A stretch of DNA of 64,000 nt from Octopus sinensis. Lineage: Eukaryota. Shown piece after piece: positions 36,198 through 48,021 of this stretch. Position 1 is the stretch's first letter, and each line of letters begins with the position of its first letter. Made by a program: the position numbers and the translations under genes. The notes beneath the pieces were generated by a model. It had not been told where the DNA came from. It worked only from the letters and a program-made list of their open reading frames with translations, and searched no databases. Location: contig NC_043005.1 in NCBI RefSeq assembly GCF_006345805.1, positions 44,640,001 through 44,704,000 of the forward strand, written 5' to 3'.

Positions 36198-37002
36198 CAC
36201 CTGAGAGGAAGTGCCACAAGAATCAGTTGCCTCTGTAGTAATGGTAGAAAAGACAGTGAGAAGAAACTGTATATCTATGAGCCAGATGTTGCTATGTGTT
36301 GTGAACAACTTCATGAAGATGGATCAAGTGACATTTTTAATGCAGTCTATGATGTTCCATCAGTAACATTGTGCATTTTGATGAATAAAAAAAAAAGGAA
36401 AATAAATGCACTGAACTTTGCTTCATAAATGTAAATACCATATATGTTCCAATGTCTGCTTTTGTTATAGTGAGGAATTTGTAATGAAGAAGAAAAAAAA
36501 CATTAAAAAGCATAAAAGGAATAAAAGATAGTACGCCAAATATGTATTTCTTGATCTTATTAAATATCATGAGGTGAACATTGATTAAAATCGATGATGA
36601 TGACCATAATGGGGATGATATTAATGACTATTAAGCATCTGACTGACTCATATAGAGCCCCAATAATACATACGATATTAAAATGGCATTTATCCCCAGA
36701 TGGGTAATGTTCCTGGTCTGTAAAGGATTCCAATTAATGCAAAATAATTCCCAAGAGCATTATTACAAAATTGATAATTATCTGTTCATGTTTTACTAAT
36801 ATTAGAATGTTATCTAGATATCTAAAATTGAGCCTAATCTCTCAAATTAAATCTCCGTGATTCATAAGGAAAAGAGACAGGAGAAAGTGGAAAAAAATTT
36901 GGGTTAGCCAACTGAAAAGTCAGCAGCTAATATTGTGTCACTGGAACTAATTCACATATAGCTAATTCCCTCCAGCTGTAAATAAATAATATATCTCACA
37001 GT

Positions 37003-37145
37003 ATCATCATCATCATCATCATTTAATGTCCATTTTCCATGTTGGTGTGAAGCTGGCAAGGCTAGGAGGAGTATCAGGCCCCATTGTCGGATTTGACAAC
37101 ATTTCTATGGCTGGATGCCCTTCCTAATGCCAACCACTTTACAAA
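37003..37145 (-). mobile_element. RTE 3'-end copy
   Basis: (CAT)n + ttaatgtccattttccatg...ctggatgcccttcctaatgccaaccac. Confidence 0.75.
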
Positions 37146-37649
37146 ATTGATAACTGGTTTGTTAGCTTGAGTGTTTGTTTCAATTCCTCTGACAGATTTG
37201 GAGAGATTACTCCAGTTTTCAACCTGGCATCAAAGTTCACCAATAGTCTCAGTTTTGTTATTGGATCAGAACTTTAGTTCTGATTAGAGACTGCTTGTGA
37301 CTTCTGGTGTGCCAAAATATATTCCATGTTAAATGGGAATTAATTGCCAGTTGGACAATCTTACCAGTTTCAAATGATTCTCACCAATGCAAAATACTTC
37401 TGCAGAGAATTATTATAAGAAAATAATTTTTAATTATTTGAAAATCTTTCATCACACATCTGAGACTTCTACAGTGACTCTTCTATCTTAACAGAACAGG
37501 AGGATACACATGGGATCAAAGAGTCGCTGAAGAAGTCACAGATTTTTAATGAAAGATTTCCAGACAATGGACATAAGATAAAGTAAAAACAATTATAAAT
37601 GAGTGAAGAATAGTTAAAATTTAAAACAAACTGATTAAATACTGATTTT

Positions 37650-37860
37650 TAACATAGGCACAAGACCAGAAATCTTACAGAGAGTGGAGAGTGGGTTATA
37701 GTAGCCCCAATATGTGACTAATATTTTATTTTATCAATAGTAGAGGGATGAAAGGTAAAGTTAATTTTGGCATGATTTGATTTTAGGATGTAATAAGCTA
37801 AAACAAGTACTACAAGGTATTTTTTTATATACTCTAAATGTTTTGCCAGCCTGCCAACAA
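37650..37860 (-). mobile_element. SINE family C, degenerate
   Basis: ataggcacaagaccagaaat...gatgaaaggtaaagtt..ttttgccagc. Confidence 0.6.
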
Positions 37861-39849
37861 GAGTAAAATTGCTGTAAACACACATCTGCATATATTGAAT
37901 AATGCAGATATCTAGCTCCTAAAATCTCAAGAAAAGTATAACTTTTTTTTTTTTTAATATTTAAAATCTAAGAAAATTATTAATATGTATGTTACATTAT
38001 GGATCTGAAATATTATTTTGTGTTAGTATAATACATTAAAAATCATAGATCCAAATTCATCATTTTGCCAGAATCAACTAATTTGATGAAAGCTCGATAT
38101 ATTTGTTGAAAGCAAAAAAGGAAAGTCTTCAATTGATCATTGAATGCATGTATGTTTCCTTCATACAGAATAGAGCACATTGCTGCTTTATGCCCCCTTT
38201 TTTTAATTTCTCTTTCCTATCTCTTTGGTCAATAAGTCCATTTTTCCCTTTTATAATTTGGAAGTAAAATCACTTTTGATCACGTTGAATCCATAATCAA
38301 CTTTTTATTTGTGAAATTTTTCTACCAAACTGCAGGCCTGTTAATTACGCTAATCGGAGGAATTATTTTCACTTTAGAATGCAAAATATATCAATAGTGT
38401 GAGAAAGGATTTTCTTCAATAAATTCAATAAGTTAATTACTTCATTGATGCCAATAGTACTGTCATTCAGGCCTAAGAGTCTCCACATTTTAGGCAGATA
38501 TATTTTCAATATGTAATTACTGGCCTTTTAGAAATTTTAATAAATAAAATGGATATCTTAACTTCTTAATCAAATCATATTTCTTTTGACGAACTTCCTA
38601 AATTCGAGACATTTTTCATTTGTTTTTATTTTATTGTTAGAAAATTTTTCAATATTGAAATGAATTTAATAAAAAAAGAAAAAGGTAATAATTTTCTCTT
38701 CCATACTTTATTAAGTGCAGAACAATTATAGGTACTCATGTTCATGTGATATTACTTATCAGTAATTAATACAACTCAAAGAAACAAGGTAATGATTACC
38801 AGATTTACTATTTTACCTTTTTCTATAATCTTTTCAAATAAGAAAGCTTGTCTGTTAATATTGATCCAAATGGAGTTTAGCAAGTGTGAAGCAATTTTAC
38901 ATTGAGAAAATGTGAGTTCAATATATTTTATCAACAATGATCTCTTTTCCCCTAATATTCCTGTCATTACTGAAACTTACAGAAAATCTTGAATTTTAGT
39001 TAAATTAAATGAGATGAAGATTTAATTTACAAAAATTCCAATTAACTTTATGGATTTTTAGTGGAATATTTAGGTCTAGAATATTTGAAAACAATTTAAT
39101 GACGAAAAAGCCGAATATAGCAAAAACAAGCCATTTGATGCATAATTACTGGAATGTATGGTTGGATTTTAAATAATTATATCTTGAAGTTCAAGCTGAT
39201 GCATGAGCATTGAATATATAGTGCTTATTTTATTCTAATGTCATAAATAAGGTGTCGAGTAGAATTGTTAGAATGTCAGATGGCTCACTTTATTGTACTG
39301 TGCCCTGAGTTCAAGTCCTGTCGGGATTAATCTTTCTGGGGTTAAAAATTACTTTTCATTGTTTCAGGTCAATAAATGAAGTATAGTCCAGTATTGGAGT
39401 TGTTTCTGCTTCCTTTTTTATCTGTTCCCTTTTTCTCTCACTTCTCTGTCTGTTTGTCTGTCTGTCTGTCTCTCTCTCTTAAAGATATCATCTATGATCA
39501 TACTTGTAGAGGGATGGGCCCTGCTGGGTTTAAACACTCAAAACAAGCTGATTACTGTGATGCTGCCCCCAAAATTCTATCAGGAGTTGAGAACCCAATG
39601 CAAAACAAGACAATATCATGAGTACAGTATGCCAACATGAAACACAATCAGTATTAAAGCCCTTACTCTAAAATTTAAAAAAAAATCAATAACTAAGGGT
39701 AGTCCACTTTTGACATATCACAAATTAAAATCGAGTAGCTTTTATTAAGGTTGTTCCACTCAATTCTAGGGTGTATCAACCTAATCAAAAACCTGAAAAA
39801 ATGATTTTGCCTCCAAGCTCAATATAACTATTGATATTTTAGCAGTTTC

Positions 39850-40075
39850 TAAGGCAAAGAGCTGGCAGAATCACTAGCACAGCAGACAAAAATGCTTAGC
39901 GGCATTTCATCCATCATTATATCCTGAGTTTAATTTCCGTTGAGGCTCACTTTGCTTTTTATTCTGTCAGAGATGATAAAATAAGTACCAGTTGAGCACT
40001 GGAGTCAGTCTAATTCACTTACACTCTCTCACAAAAATTGCTGGCCTTGTGCCAACATTTGAAACCAGTATTTTA
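39850..40075 (+). mobile_element. SINE family C
   Basis: aaggcaaagagctggcagaatc..aaatgcttagcggcatttc..ataagtaccagttgagcactgg..ttgtgccaacatttgaaacc. Confidence 0.75.
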
Positions 40076-40334
40076 GCAGTTTCTTTCAGTATGTTACTGG
40101 GATCATATTATTTGCTCAAAAGAACTACCAGTTAAATACTGGGGTTGATGTAATCAGCTGGCTGCTTCCTGCATAATTCCAGACCTTCTGCCAATGGTAG
40201 AAAGAAATATTTTCTTCTAGTGTAAAAGAAGCTAGACTGTAATAAACATACTGTAAAGTATTACCTGCCAGTACATTCAGATTATAGCACTCACACGAAC
40301 ACATGCACACACACACACACACCACACACACACA

Positions 40335-40415
<81 letters not shown>

Positions 40416-40771
40416 ACACACACCTGTAAAGTATTACCTCCCAGAAAGCCCCGGTTCTACCATTCCAAGATCTAGTTACATTGTCTAGCACATGAAATGA
40501 AGCATACATTAAGTAAAATACTTTAAAATATTTTCTTTTTTTTTCACAAGAATGTGTATTTCTTTTATGATATTCTTTAAACTACTATCGATAATTAGCT
40601 AAATTAATAAAGTTGTAGTTTTAAGAAATTTAATCAGTTCAACTTTTAAGATATAGATTTAAAATTACTGATTTAATGACTGCTAATTAATGATATGGAA
40701 GTAAAGTCCTCCGTGTGGAATTAATTTAAGAAAATAATTCTCCCAAGAAGATTATTGTAAACAAGTAAAAA

Positions 40772-40968
40772 AGACACACATACAAAAAAAGAGTAATATA
40801 TGATGTAGACAGCATAAAAAAAGAATATTTTAATAAACTGATATAACAAGTTTATATTTAATGATGCGATAAAACTACATATTGCAGCTTACCATTGTGG
40901 TGGCTCTGATAATGATTATGGGGAAGATGGTGTCGGAAATAATGTTTTGAAAATCTATAGCATTCATT
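40772..40968. repeat. Left arm of ~190-bp inverted repeat (partner 41731-41919)
   Basis: The reverse complement of 41731-41919 aligns end to end with scattered substitutions. Confidence 0.9.
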
Positions 40969-40969
40969 A

Positions 40970-41012
<43 letters not shown>

Positions 41013-41172
41013 TATATATACACACATACATATATACATACATATATACATACATATATACATACATATATACATACATATATACATACATATATACATA
41101 CATATATACATACATAATACATATGTATATATATATATATATATATAATATATATATATATATGCAAATATG

Positions 41173-41208
<36 letters not shown>

Positions 41209-41224
41209 TGTTTGTATGTGTGTA

Positions 41225-41395
41225 TTGAAGGAGTGGGTGTTGCTGTGTGGTAAGAAGTTTGGTTCTTGGTTACATGGTTGCAAGTTCAGTTTCACTCTAG
41301 GGCAACATGAGTAAGAGTCTTCTATTGTAGTCTTAAATCGACCAAAGTATTGTAAGTGTTTTAGTGGATGGAAACTGAAAGAAGTTACGTGTATA
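41225..41395 (+). mobile_element. SINE family B head, degenerate
   Basis: gctgtgtggtaagaagttt..ggcaac..gagtaagagtcttcta..gatggaaactgaaagaag. Confidence 0.65.
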
Positions 41396-41459
41396 TGTGT
41401 GCATGTGTGTGTATGTATGTATGTGTGTGCGCATGTATAGGTGTGCATATGTATATGCT

Positions 41460-41519
<60 letters not shown>

Positions 41520-41523
<4 letters not shown>

Positions 41524-41700
41524 GAAATTTATAGAAAAACAAAACACAAAAGACAGGTGTATGAACAACAAACAAGTGTATTAGCTTGACACTTGGGAAA
41601 AAATGAAAAAGTTTTATATGTTTTGAGCCTATGCTCTTCAAAAGAAAAGAATAAAAGAAAATAAACAGAGAGGGAATGAAAAAAAATTCAGTGATCGAAC
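41520..41700 (-). mobile_element. Repeat family H3 copy with decayed hammerhead-like motif
   Basis: Minus strand TTGAAGA-GCATAGGCTC-AAAAC; body homologous to 26455-26600. Confidence 0.55.
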
Positions 41701-41730
41701 ATAGTGAATGATTAGAAAAAAAGAAGTTGA

Positions 41731-41919
41731 AATGAATGCTATAGATTTTCAAAACATTATTTCCAACACCATCTTCTCTATTATCATCATCAGAGCCACC
41801 ACAATGGTAAGCTGTAATATGTAGTCTTATCACATCATTAAATACAAACTTATATCAGTTTAATAAAATATTCTTTTTTATGCTCTCTACATCATGTATT
41901 ACTCCCTTTTTGTGTGTCT
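41731..41919. repeat. Right arm of inverted repeat (partner 40772-40968)
   Basis: See partner. Confidence 0.9.
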
Positions 41920-42609
41920 CTATATATATATCAATGTATGTTTGTATTTGTCTCTCACTGCTTTGTAACCGGTGTTGGTTTGCTTATCTGTAACTTAGCA
42001 GTTCAGCAAATGACACCAAGAGAATAAGCAATAGGAAATACTAAGTACTGGGGTCATTTTCTTTCAAATCCTTGAAGGTAGTGCTGCATGGCTGCAGTCT
42101 ACTGACTAAAACTAATAAATGAAAGATAAAGTATACCATGTTCTCCATTTTTTGATTTTTTCTTTTTGTTGCTATACACATATGCTAGCTTTCTTACAAA
42201 GGGGTCTAATGCTCTTAGTTTAGACTTTTTTGTGGGGCAACTAGATCGCAGATCAAACCATCTCAAGTGTAACTGCCTGAAATGGTCGTGACCTCTGGGA
42301 ATTGACTGATGAAAGAAAGCCAAGAATGACCCATCTTTTTTTGCCTGTCCTTCTAATTGTTGTTTCTCTTGTCCACCTTTGTATCGTCTATCTGTCTGAA
42401 CATTCTAATGCCCTCCATTGTGATTTTGTTCCATTTATATATATATATATATATATATAGGCATGTGTGTGTTTATTAATACCTTAATGTGCACTACATA
42501 GCAGTTTTTTAAGAAAAATTTGAAATGCAAGTCTTTAGTAAATATACAACATAACTTCACTGTAAGAAGTAAAGAAATAAGTTGTATCACTGGTTTATCT
42601 CCCTGACCT

Positions 42610-43045
42610 TTTATTATTTTACTTGTTTCAGTCAGTTGACTGTGGTCATACTGGACGATCACCTTGAAAGGTTTTAGCTGAACAAATCGACCCAGGGCTT
42701 ATTTTTTAAAGCTTTGTACTTATTCTATTGATATCTTTTCTTCAACCGCTAAGTTATATGCACATAAACACACCAACAACGGTTGTCAAGCAGTATGGGG
42801 AGACAAACACAGACACAAACACACATACACTCACGCACACACACACACATGCATATATATCTACATACATACATATATATATATATATATGACAGGCTTC
42901 TTTCAGTTTCCATCTACCAAATCCACTCACAAGATTTTGGTTGGTACGAAGCTAAAGTAGAAAACACTTGCTGAAGGTGCCACACAGTGGAACTGCATAT
43001 GAAACCATGTGGTTGGGAAGCAGGCTTCTTACCACCACAGCCACA
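42610..43045 (-). mobile_element. SINE family B
   Basis: Both halves homologous to 34728-35148. Confidence 0.8.
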
Positions 43046-43229
43046 CTTTTGCCTGGTAAAAGAAAAAGTGTGGCTTGATCTAATTGCTTTCAGGTTTCAT
43101 TGGACCTTCATCAAGGAACATTTACTCATTTCCTAGCCACAGTGAAATTAGTAGCTTAGATATTCCTAAAGTGAATACAAATTAGGTCAAAAATGATTTG
43201 GTCTGTCTAATTTGTATAATATTGAAGAT

Positions 43230-44280
43230 ACAAACATGAATTCATTCATAAACTATTATAACACAGACAAACTCCAGGGATTTAAAAGACTATTGAACAG
43301 TATCAACCCAAACATACAGTTCACAATGGAATACAACCAAAAGGAGCTCCCATTCTTGGACATACTTGTTAAAAAAAATTAGCCTAAAAATAGAAATGGA
43401 CATATTTTACAAAACCACAGACACAATATCTACTATTTAATTCATGCCACCCAAGACACACCAAAACAAACATCCCCTTTAACCTTGCAAGAACGATATG
43501 TACCATAGCGTCAGAAAAAAATACCAGAGACTTTAGACTGCAAGGACTCAAAAACACCCTGATTGACAGACACTACCTAGTTCAACTCACAGAGGATGGA
43601 ATTAGACGGGAAACACAAGTTGACATAAAAACCTTAAGGAAAGTTCAACACAGTAACACACCTTCCCTGAAAATACTGCTGTACATGTCCACAGACAACC
43701 CAAGAAACAAAGAAGTCTTCACCATCATCACCCAAAATCTACCAATGCTACATAAGGACCCCAAATTAAAGGAAATTTTACACACCCATAAAATCATTCA
43801 AAGCCACAAAGAACCAAAGTCACTAAAAAAGATCCTCACAAAGGCAAAATTATTTTCTAAAATAATGGATGCAAAAGTGAAAAAATGTGGTCAACCAAAT
43901 TGTGCAACATGCCCAAACCTTCTAGAAGGATCAGAATTCCTTTTCAAAGAGGGACAAAAATTCAAAATCAAATCTGATTTTACTTGTGATTCAGAAAACC
44001 CAATTTGTGTTATAAGATACTCTGACTGCCACCAAAACTACACAGGGTCCATGGAATTATTGCTCAGATGCAGATGCACTCTGCACCAACAGAAGATTGC
44101 ATTCCCAGAATACAGAACAATGCCCTTTAGAGAACACATTGAGAGATGCACAAAGCAAGTGCTGCTGCAATTTGTAATTTTTCCATTTTAATAATGTGCC
44201 ATTGGAACACCAACACAAATTAGATTAAATAGAGAAACCTACTTCATTGAAAAATATAAGCCAAAACTTAACCATTTCTA
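43230..44280 (+). mobile_element. Penelope-like element fragment (RT + Cys-rich linker + GIY-YIG), degraded
   Basis: LNSINPNIQFTMEYNQKELPFLDILV...QYLLFNSCHPRHTKTNIPFNLARTICTI and ORF 43685..44191 (KCGQPNCATC...VIRYSDCHQNYTG...LHQQKI). Confidence 0.88.
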
Positions 44281-45109
44281 GCATTTTTAAATAAGTAAAC
44301 TTACCTCAATGAAAAATATAAAGCAAAACTTAAACATTTCTAACATTTTATTCTGTCAAAACCAAATAATGCTAAATTAATAAAACCACTCACCATAGAG
44401 TTTGGAGCCAGAGATTTTGTGGGCAAACCTGCTTACGACCTAATGAAGCAACTCTATCTCTGGGAAGAACATGACTAAAGCTCTAAAAGCAATATCAGAG
44501 ACAGTGGAGAGATGTTCCAGCTGGATATGATCAAGAAGGAACAAAAGTGACCTCCATGCTGTTTAAAGATTGTCAGTAGAAAGGCTCCCAAGAATCATGG
44601 CCTGGATGCAGCTCAGGCCCTTAGAGTCTAACAAGTTAAGGGCCAAAACACTTGCCTGAGAGGTGGTGGGGTTTCTTCTCTGAAGACCTGCTGTTCAGCT
44701 CCCTTGAGAGTTTCTTACTACTATCATTTCTGAAAAATTTCACATCATTGTTCTCAACAAAATAGCATTTGAATATATGAGGGAAATGTATTCTATTGAA
44801 ATTTTGGTAATATTTATTATTTGCAACAATGAAACTATAAATTTTATTTTACCAAATGACATTTGTTAGTGGTTTTACATTTATAGTTTCCTCCTTAGTT
44901 GTCAAAAAAGAAAATATTACAGCTAGATGCCATTGGTATTGTTTATCCACCAGACAAAAGAAAGAAGTAGAGAGACACTTGTTGCTAGCCAAGACAAGTA
45001 AGGCAAGTAGCATAATATATCTTGATTAGTAGATGTCTTATGACAACAAATACAAGATTAGAACTTGTAACATTATTACTATGACTTATGACCTATCTTT
45101 TATATGTTA

Positions 45110-45425
45110 TCTCCCACTTGTTTCACTCATTAGACCATCGTTGGGGTACCACCTTGAAGGACATACTTAAAAAAATCAACCCCAATACTTATTCTCTTTT
45201 TAAAGTCTGAAACATTTTCTATTGGTCTCTTTCCATCAAGATGCTATATTACAAGATGTAAACAAACCAACACCAATTGTCAAGCAGTGGTGGTGGTGGG
45301 GGTGGGTATGAGCATCAAGACACACACACTTAGATATACGGATATATATTTATATATATCCGTATATATTTGGCTAGCCCAGGGCTGTAGTAGGAGACAC
45401 TTGCCCAAAGTACCACACAATGAGA
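45110..45425 (-). mobile_element. SINE family B, degenerate
   Basis: cttgtttcactcattagac...ttctattggtctct...agacacttgcccaaagtaccacac. Confidence 0.6.
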
Positions 45426-45579
45426 TCTCATAACAACTAACCAAACAAACCCATCAAGTTTTCTGTAACAACTAACCAAACAGACCCATCGAGTTTTCTG
45501 CTCTGGAGAAGTACCTCAACTGCCTATAAGACATGCATCATACACCTACCACAAATAAATAAATAAGATAAATGAAAGC

Positions 45580-45717
45580 TACATTATTTACATTCGATGG
45601 ATATTTGTCCTCATCTTGTTTGTTGTCAACACATTTCAGCTGATATACCCTCCAGCCTTCTTCAGGTGTCTTGGAAAAATTTCAAACTTGGTTTCTCATT
45701 CCTAAGGTATTTTTCAA

Positions 45718-45754
<37 letters not shown>

Positions 45755-45823
45755 GTTATTGTTCAGTTCACTGCTTGAAATCTTGGGGTTAGTAGCCTGC
45801 ACTCTTAACAATTACGCCATATG
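45580..45823 (-). mobile_element. tRNA-headed, (AAT)n-containing repeat (family H1), left copy with decayed hammerhead
   Basis: Reverse complement of the right copy: head catatggcgtaattgttaagagtgcaggctactaaccccaag, (AAT)n, then aaaaataccttaggaatgaga...gacacctgaagaaggctggagggtatatcagctgaaatgtgtt. Confidence 0.85.
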
Positions 45824-45989
45824 CCCATAGTGGTTAAGAATGCCATATGGCGTAGTGGTTAAGAGTGCAGGCTACTAACCCCAAGATTCCAAGATTGATT
45901 CCAAGCAGTGACCTTAACAATAATAATAATAATAATAATAATGATAATAATAATAATAATAATAATAATAATTATATTAATAATAATTC

Positions 45990-46505
45990 CCCGTGCAGAC
46001 CGACAGGACTATAAAAGCCAATAAACCGGATATCATTATAAAAGATCAGACAAAAAGGATGTGTTTATTAATTGATATGAGTATTCCTTGCGATCACAAT
46101 ATAGCGGCGAAAGAATTTGACAAGATTAGTAAATATAAAGACCTGCTAATGGAAATTGAAAACATGTGGCATCTCAAGGCGACTACAGTACCAGTGATTG
46201 TAGGATCTCTAGGAATGATAAAAAAAGGTACTGAAACCTATTTGAAAATGATTCCAGGCTTACCATCCCTACAGGAAGTGCAAAAAATCGTATTAACTGG
46301 AACGGCTCATGTACTGAGAAGAGCACTATCACTGTGAAAATAACATCCATCCATGAATTTATTTATTTATTAATTTTTAAATACATATTTTATCTGTGAA
46401 TTTGTGTGTGTAATCTGGGAATGCATACAATGCTCTTCTCTGCCCTAGGTGTATGGAAAACACTCGGCGAGAAACGGAAGAAAATTTGAAGAAAGAAGGA
46501 AAAAA
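45990..46505 (+). mobile_element. R4/Dong-clade LINE 3' fragment inserted in (AAT)n
   Basis: RLE ORF followed by a 3' UTR, with (AAT)n on both sides. Confidence 0.9.
45993..46337 (+). CDS. Restriction-like (PD-(D/E)xK) endonuclease domain of an R4/Dong LINE, 5'-truncated
   Basis: ANKPDIIIKD...LLIDMSIPCDHNIAAKEFDKISKYKDL..E...W...VPVIVGSLG; uninterrupted 114 aa to a natural stop. Confidence 0.88.
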   Translation: MQTDRTIKANKPDIIIKDQTKRMCLLIDMSIPCDHNIAAKEFDKISKYKDLLMEIENMWHLKATTVPVIVGSLGMIKKGTETYLKMIPGLPSLQEVQKIVLTGTAHVLRRALSL

Positions 46506-46506
46506 C

Positions 46507-46537
<31 letters not shown>

Positions 46538-46595
46538 CAACAACAACATCGAAAAATACCTTAGGAATGAGAACCCAGTTTCGAAATTTCCCCAT

Positions 46596-46641
46596 GACAC
46601 CTGAAGAAGGCTGGAGGGTATATCAGTCGAAACGTTGTGTT
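46596..46641 (+). ncRNA. Minimal type I hammerhead ribozyme (Penelope-type, loopless palindromic stem III)
   Basis: GACAC-CUGAAGA-A-GGCUG(gagggtatat)CAGUC-GAAA-C-GUU/GUGUU: stem I GACAC/GUGUU, stem II GGCUG/CAGUC, stem III ACGU palindrome; predicted cut after 46636. Confidence 0.75.
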
Positions 46642-47211
46642 AGCAACAAACAAGATGAGGACAAATATCCGTCGAATGTAAATAATGTACATAATTCCTC
46701 ATCTCTTAAATATAGAACTGTATAGATGAAAGATTAATTGTATTTCACATGAGAATTGTTTTAACAAAATAGTTGCTTAGTAGAAATAAAAATAATACTA
46801 GTTCTAAAGTACCTGTTTACAATAAAATTTGCTTTGTTTTATTTTCGTTTTCCATGGAAATGATTGGCTTCATAACAAATTTCTATATGACAGATAAAAT
46901 GTGATGAAGTGTTACCTAAAACAGAGAGTAGATATCATGTGAAGAGTTGTTTAATTAGTTGTCATGAAATACACGAATGTCTTCTGTTAGCTGCGAGATA
47001 AATATTTGTAGCACATGGGAATGGGTATGTGTTTAATGAGTTTGCTTCCCCACCATGTTGTTCTTGGTTTGATCCGGCTGTTTTGCACCTCAGGCAAGTG
47101 TCTCTTACCAAAGTCTTAGATTGAGTAAGGGTATGTTAGTGAAATTTAATAGAAAGAAATCTGCCACATGTGTATGTGCATACATACATACAATATATAC
47201 ATACATATATA

Positions 47212-48021
47212 TCAGGTCATTCCATAAGTTCAGTCAGATTTTACCTTTTTTAAAATTGAATGAAATTTAATAGTATTTTATAATGTCTAATGGAATTAAA
47301 AATTATTTTTATGCATGTTATGCATTTTATGCATAATTAAAATTATTTCTATGCATTTCACCCTTTTTCGATAGACTTGTGACTGGTAACAAAAAATGGA
47401 TCTTCTATCGAAATGTTAAACGTTGTAAACAGTGGCTTGGTAAAAGGGAAAAAGCTCAACCACAACCGAAAAAGGAACGTCATGGAAAAAAGGTTCTTCT
47501 CTCTATCTGGTAAAGGAGTAATTCACTTTGAATTGTTACTACCCAATGCAACAATCAATGCTGAAGTCTACTGTCAGCAATTAGAGTGTTTGAACCAAGC
47601 TTTGAAGATAAAAGACTTGCTTTCGTGAATCAAAAAGGAGTGATGTTTCATCAGGACAATGTGTGACCCCACACTGCAAAGATCACATAACAGAAGATCA
47701 AAGAGCTTAGTTGGGAAAAAATTCCTCTTCCACCTTATTCCCCCAACCTTGCTCCTTCAGACTACCATTTGTTTCATAGTTTACAGAATCATTTGGGGAC
47801 ACAGCTTTCGCAAGCCAGGAGGAGGTCAAAACTGACATTTCAGAGTTCTTTGCTTTGTAACCAAAAGAGTTTTACATTGATGGGATTAAAAAGCTTGTAA
47901 ATAGATGGTAGGAAGTCATAGATAATCAGGGAAAGTACATTGATGATTAAATTTCAATTAAATATAACAGTTGACCACTTGTTTTCTTTATTTAAAATTT
48001 GGACAGAACTTATGGGATGAC

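Larger units (their letters stand above)
45844..46722 (+). mobile_element. Family H1 right copy (head 45844-45915, (AAT)n interrupted by an R4/Dong LINE, 3' body 46506-46722)
   Basis: A-box TGGCGTAGTGG head; body homologous to the left copy. Confidence 0.85.

Noticed and set aside
40901-40950. Hammerhead within the inverted-repeat arm (CTGAT(A/G)A...GGAAAT)
   Set aside because: Needs many reversions, and stem I cannot be formed.
43085-43125. Hammerhead on the minus strand (TGATGA-AGGT..ACCT-GAAAG)
   Set aside because: Stem II is plausible, but C3-U4 spacing, stem III and stem I cannot be formed.
45844-45915. tRNA gene in the central hairpin
   Set aside because: Only the D-arm/A-box region is tRNA-like; the T-arm is degraded, and it is the head of repeat H1.
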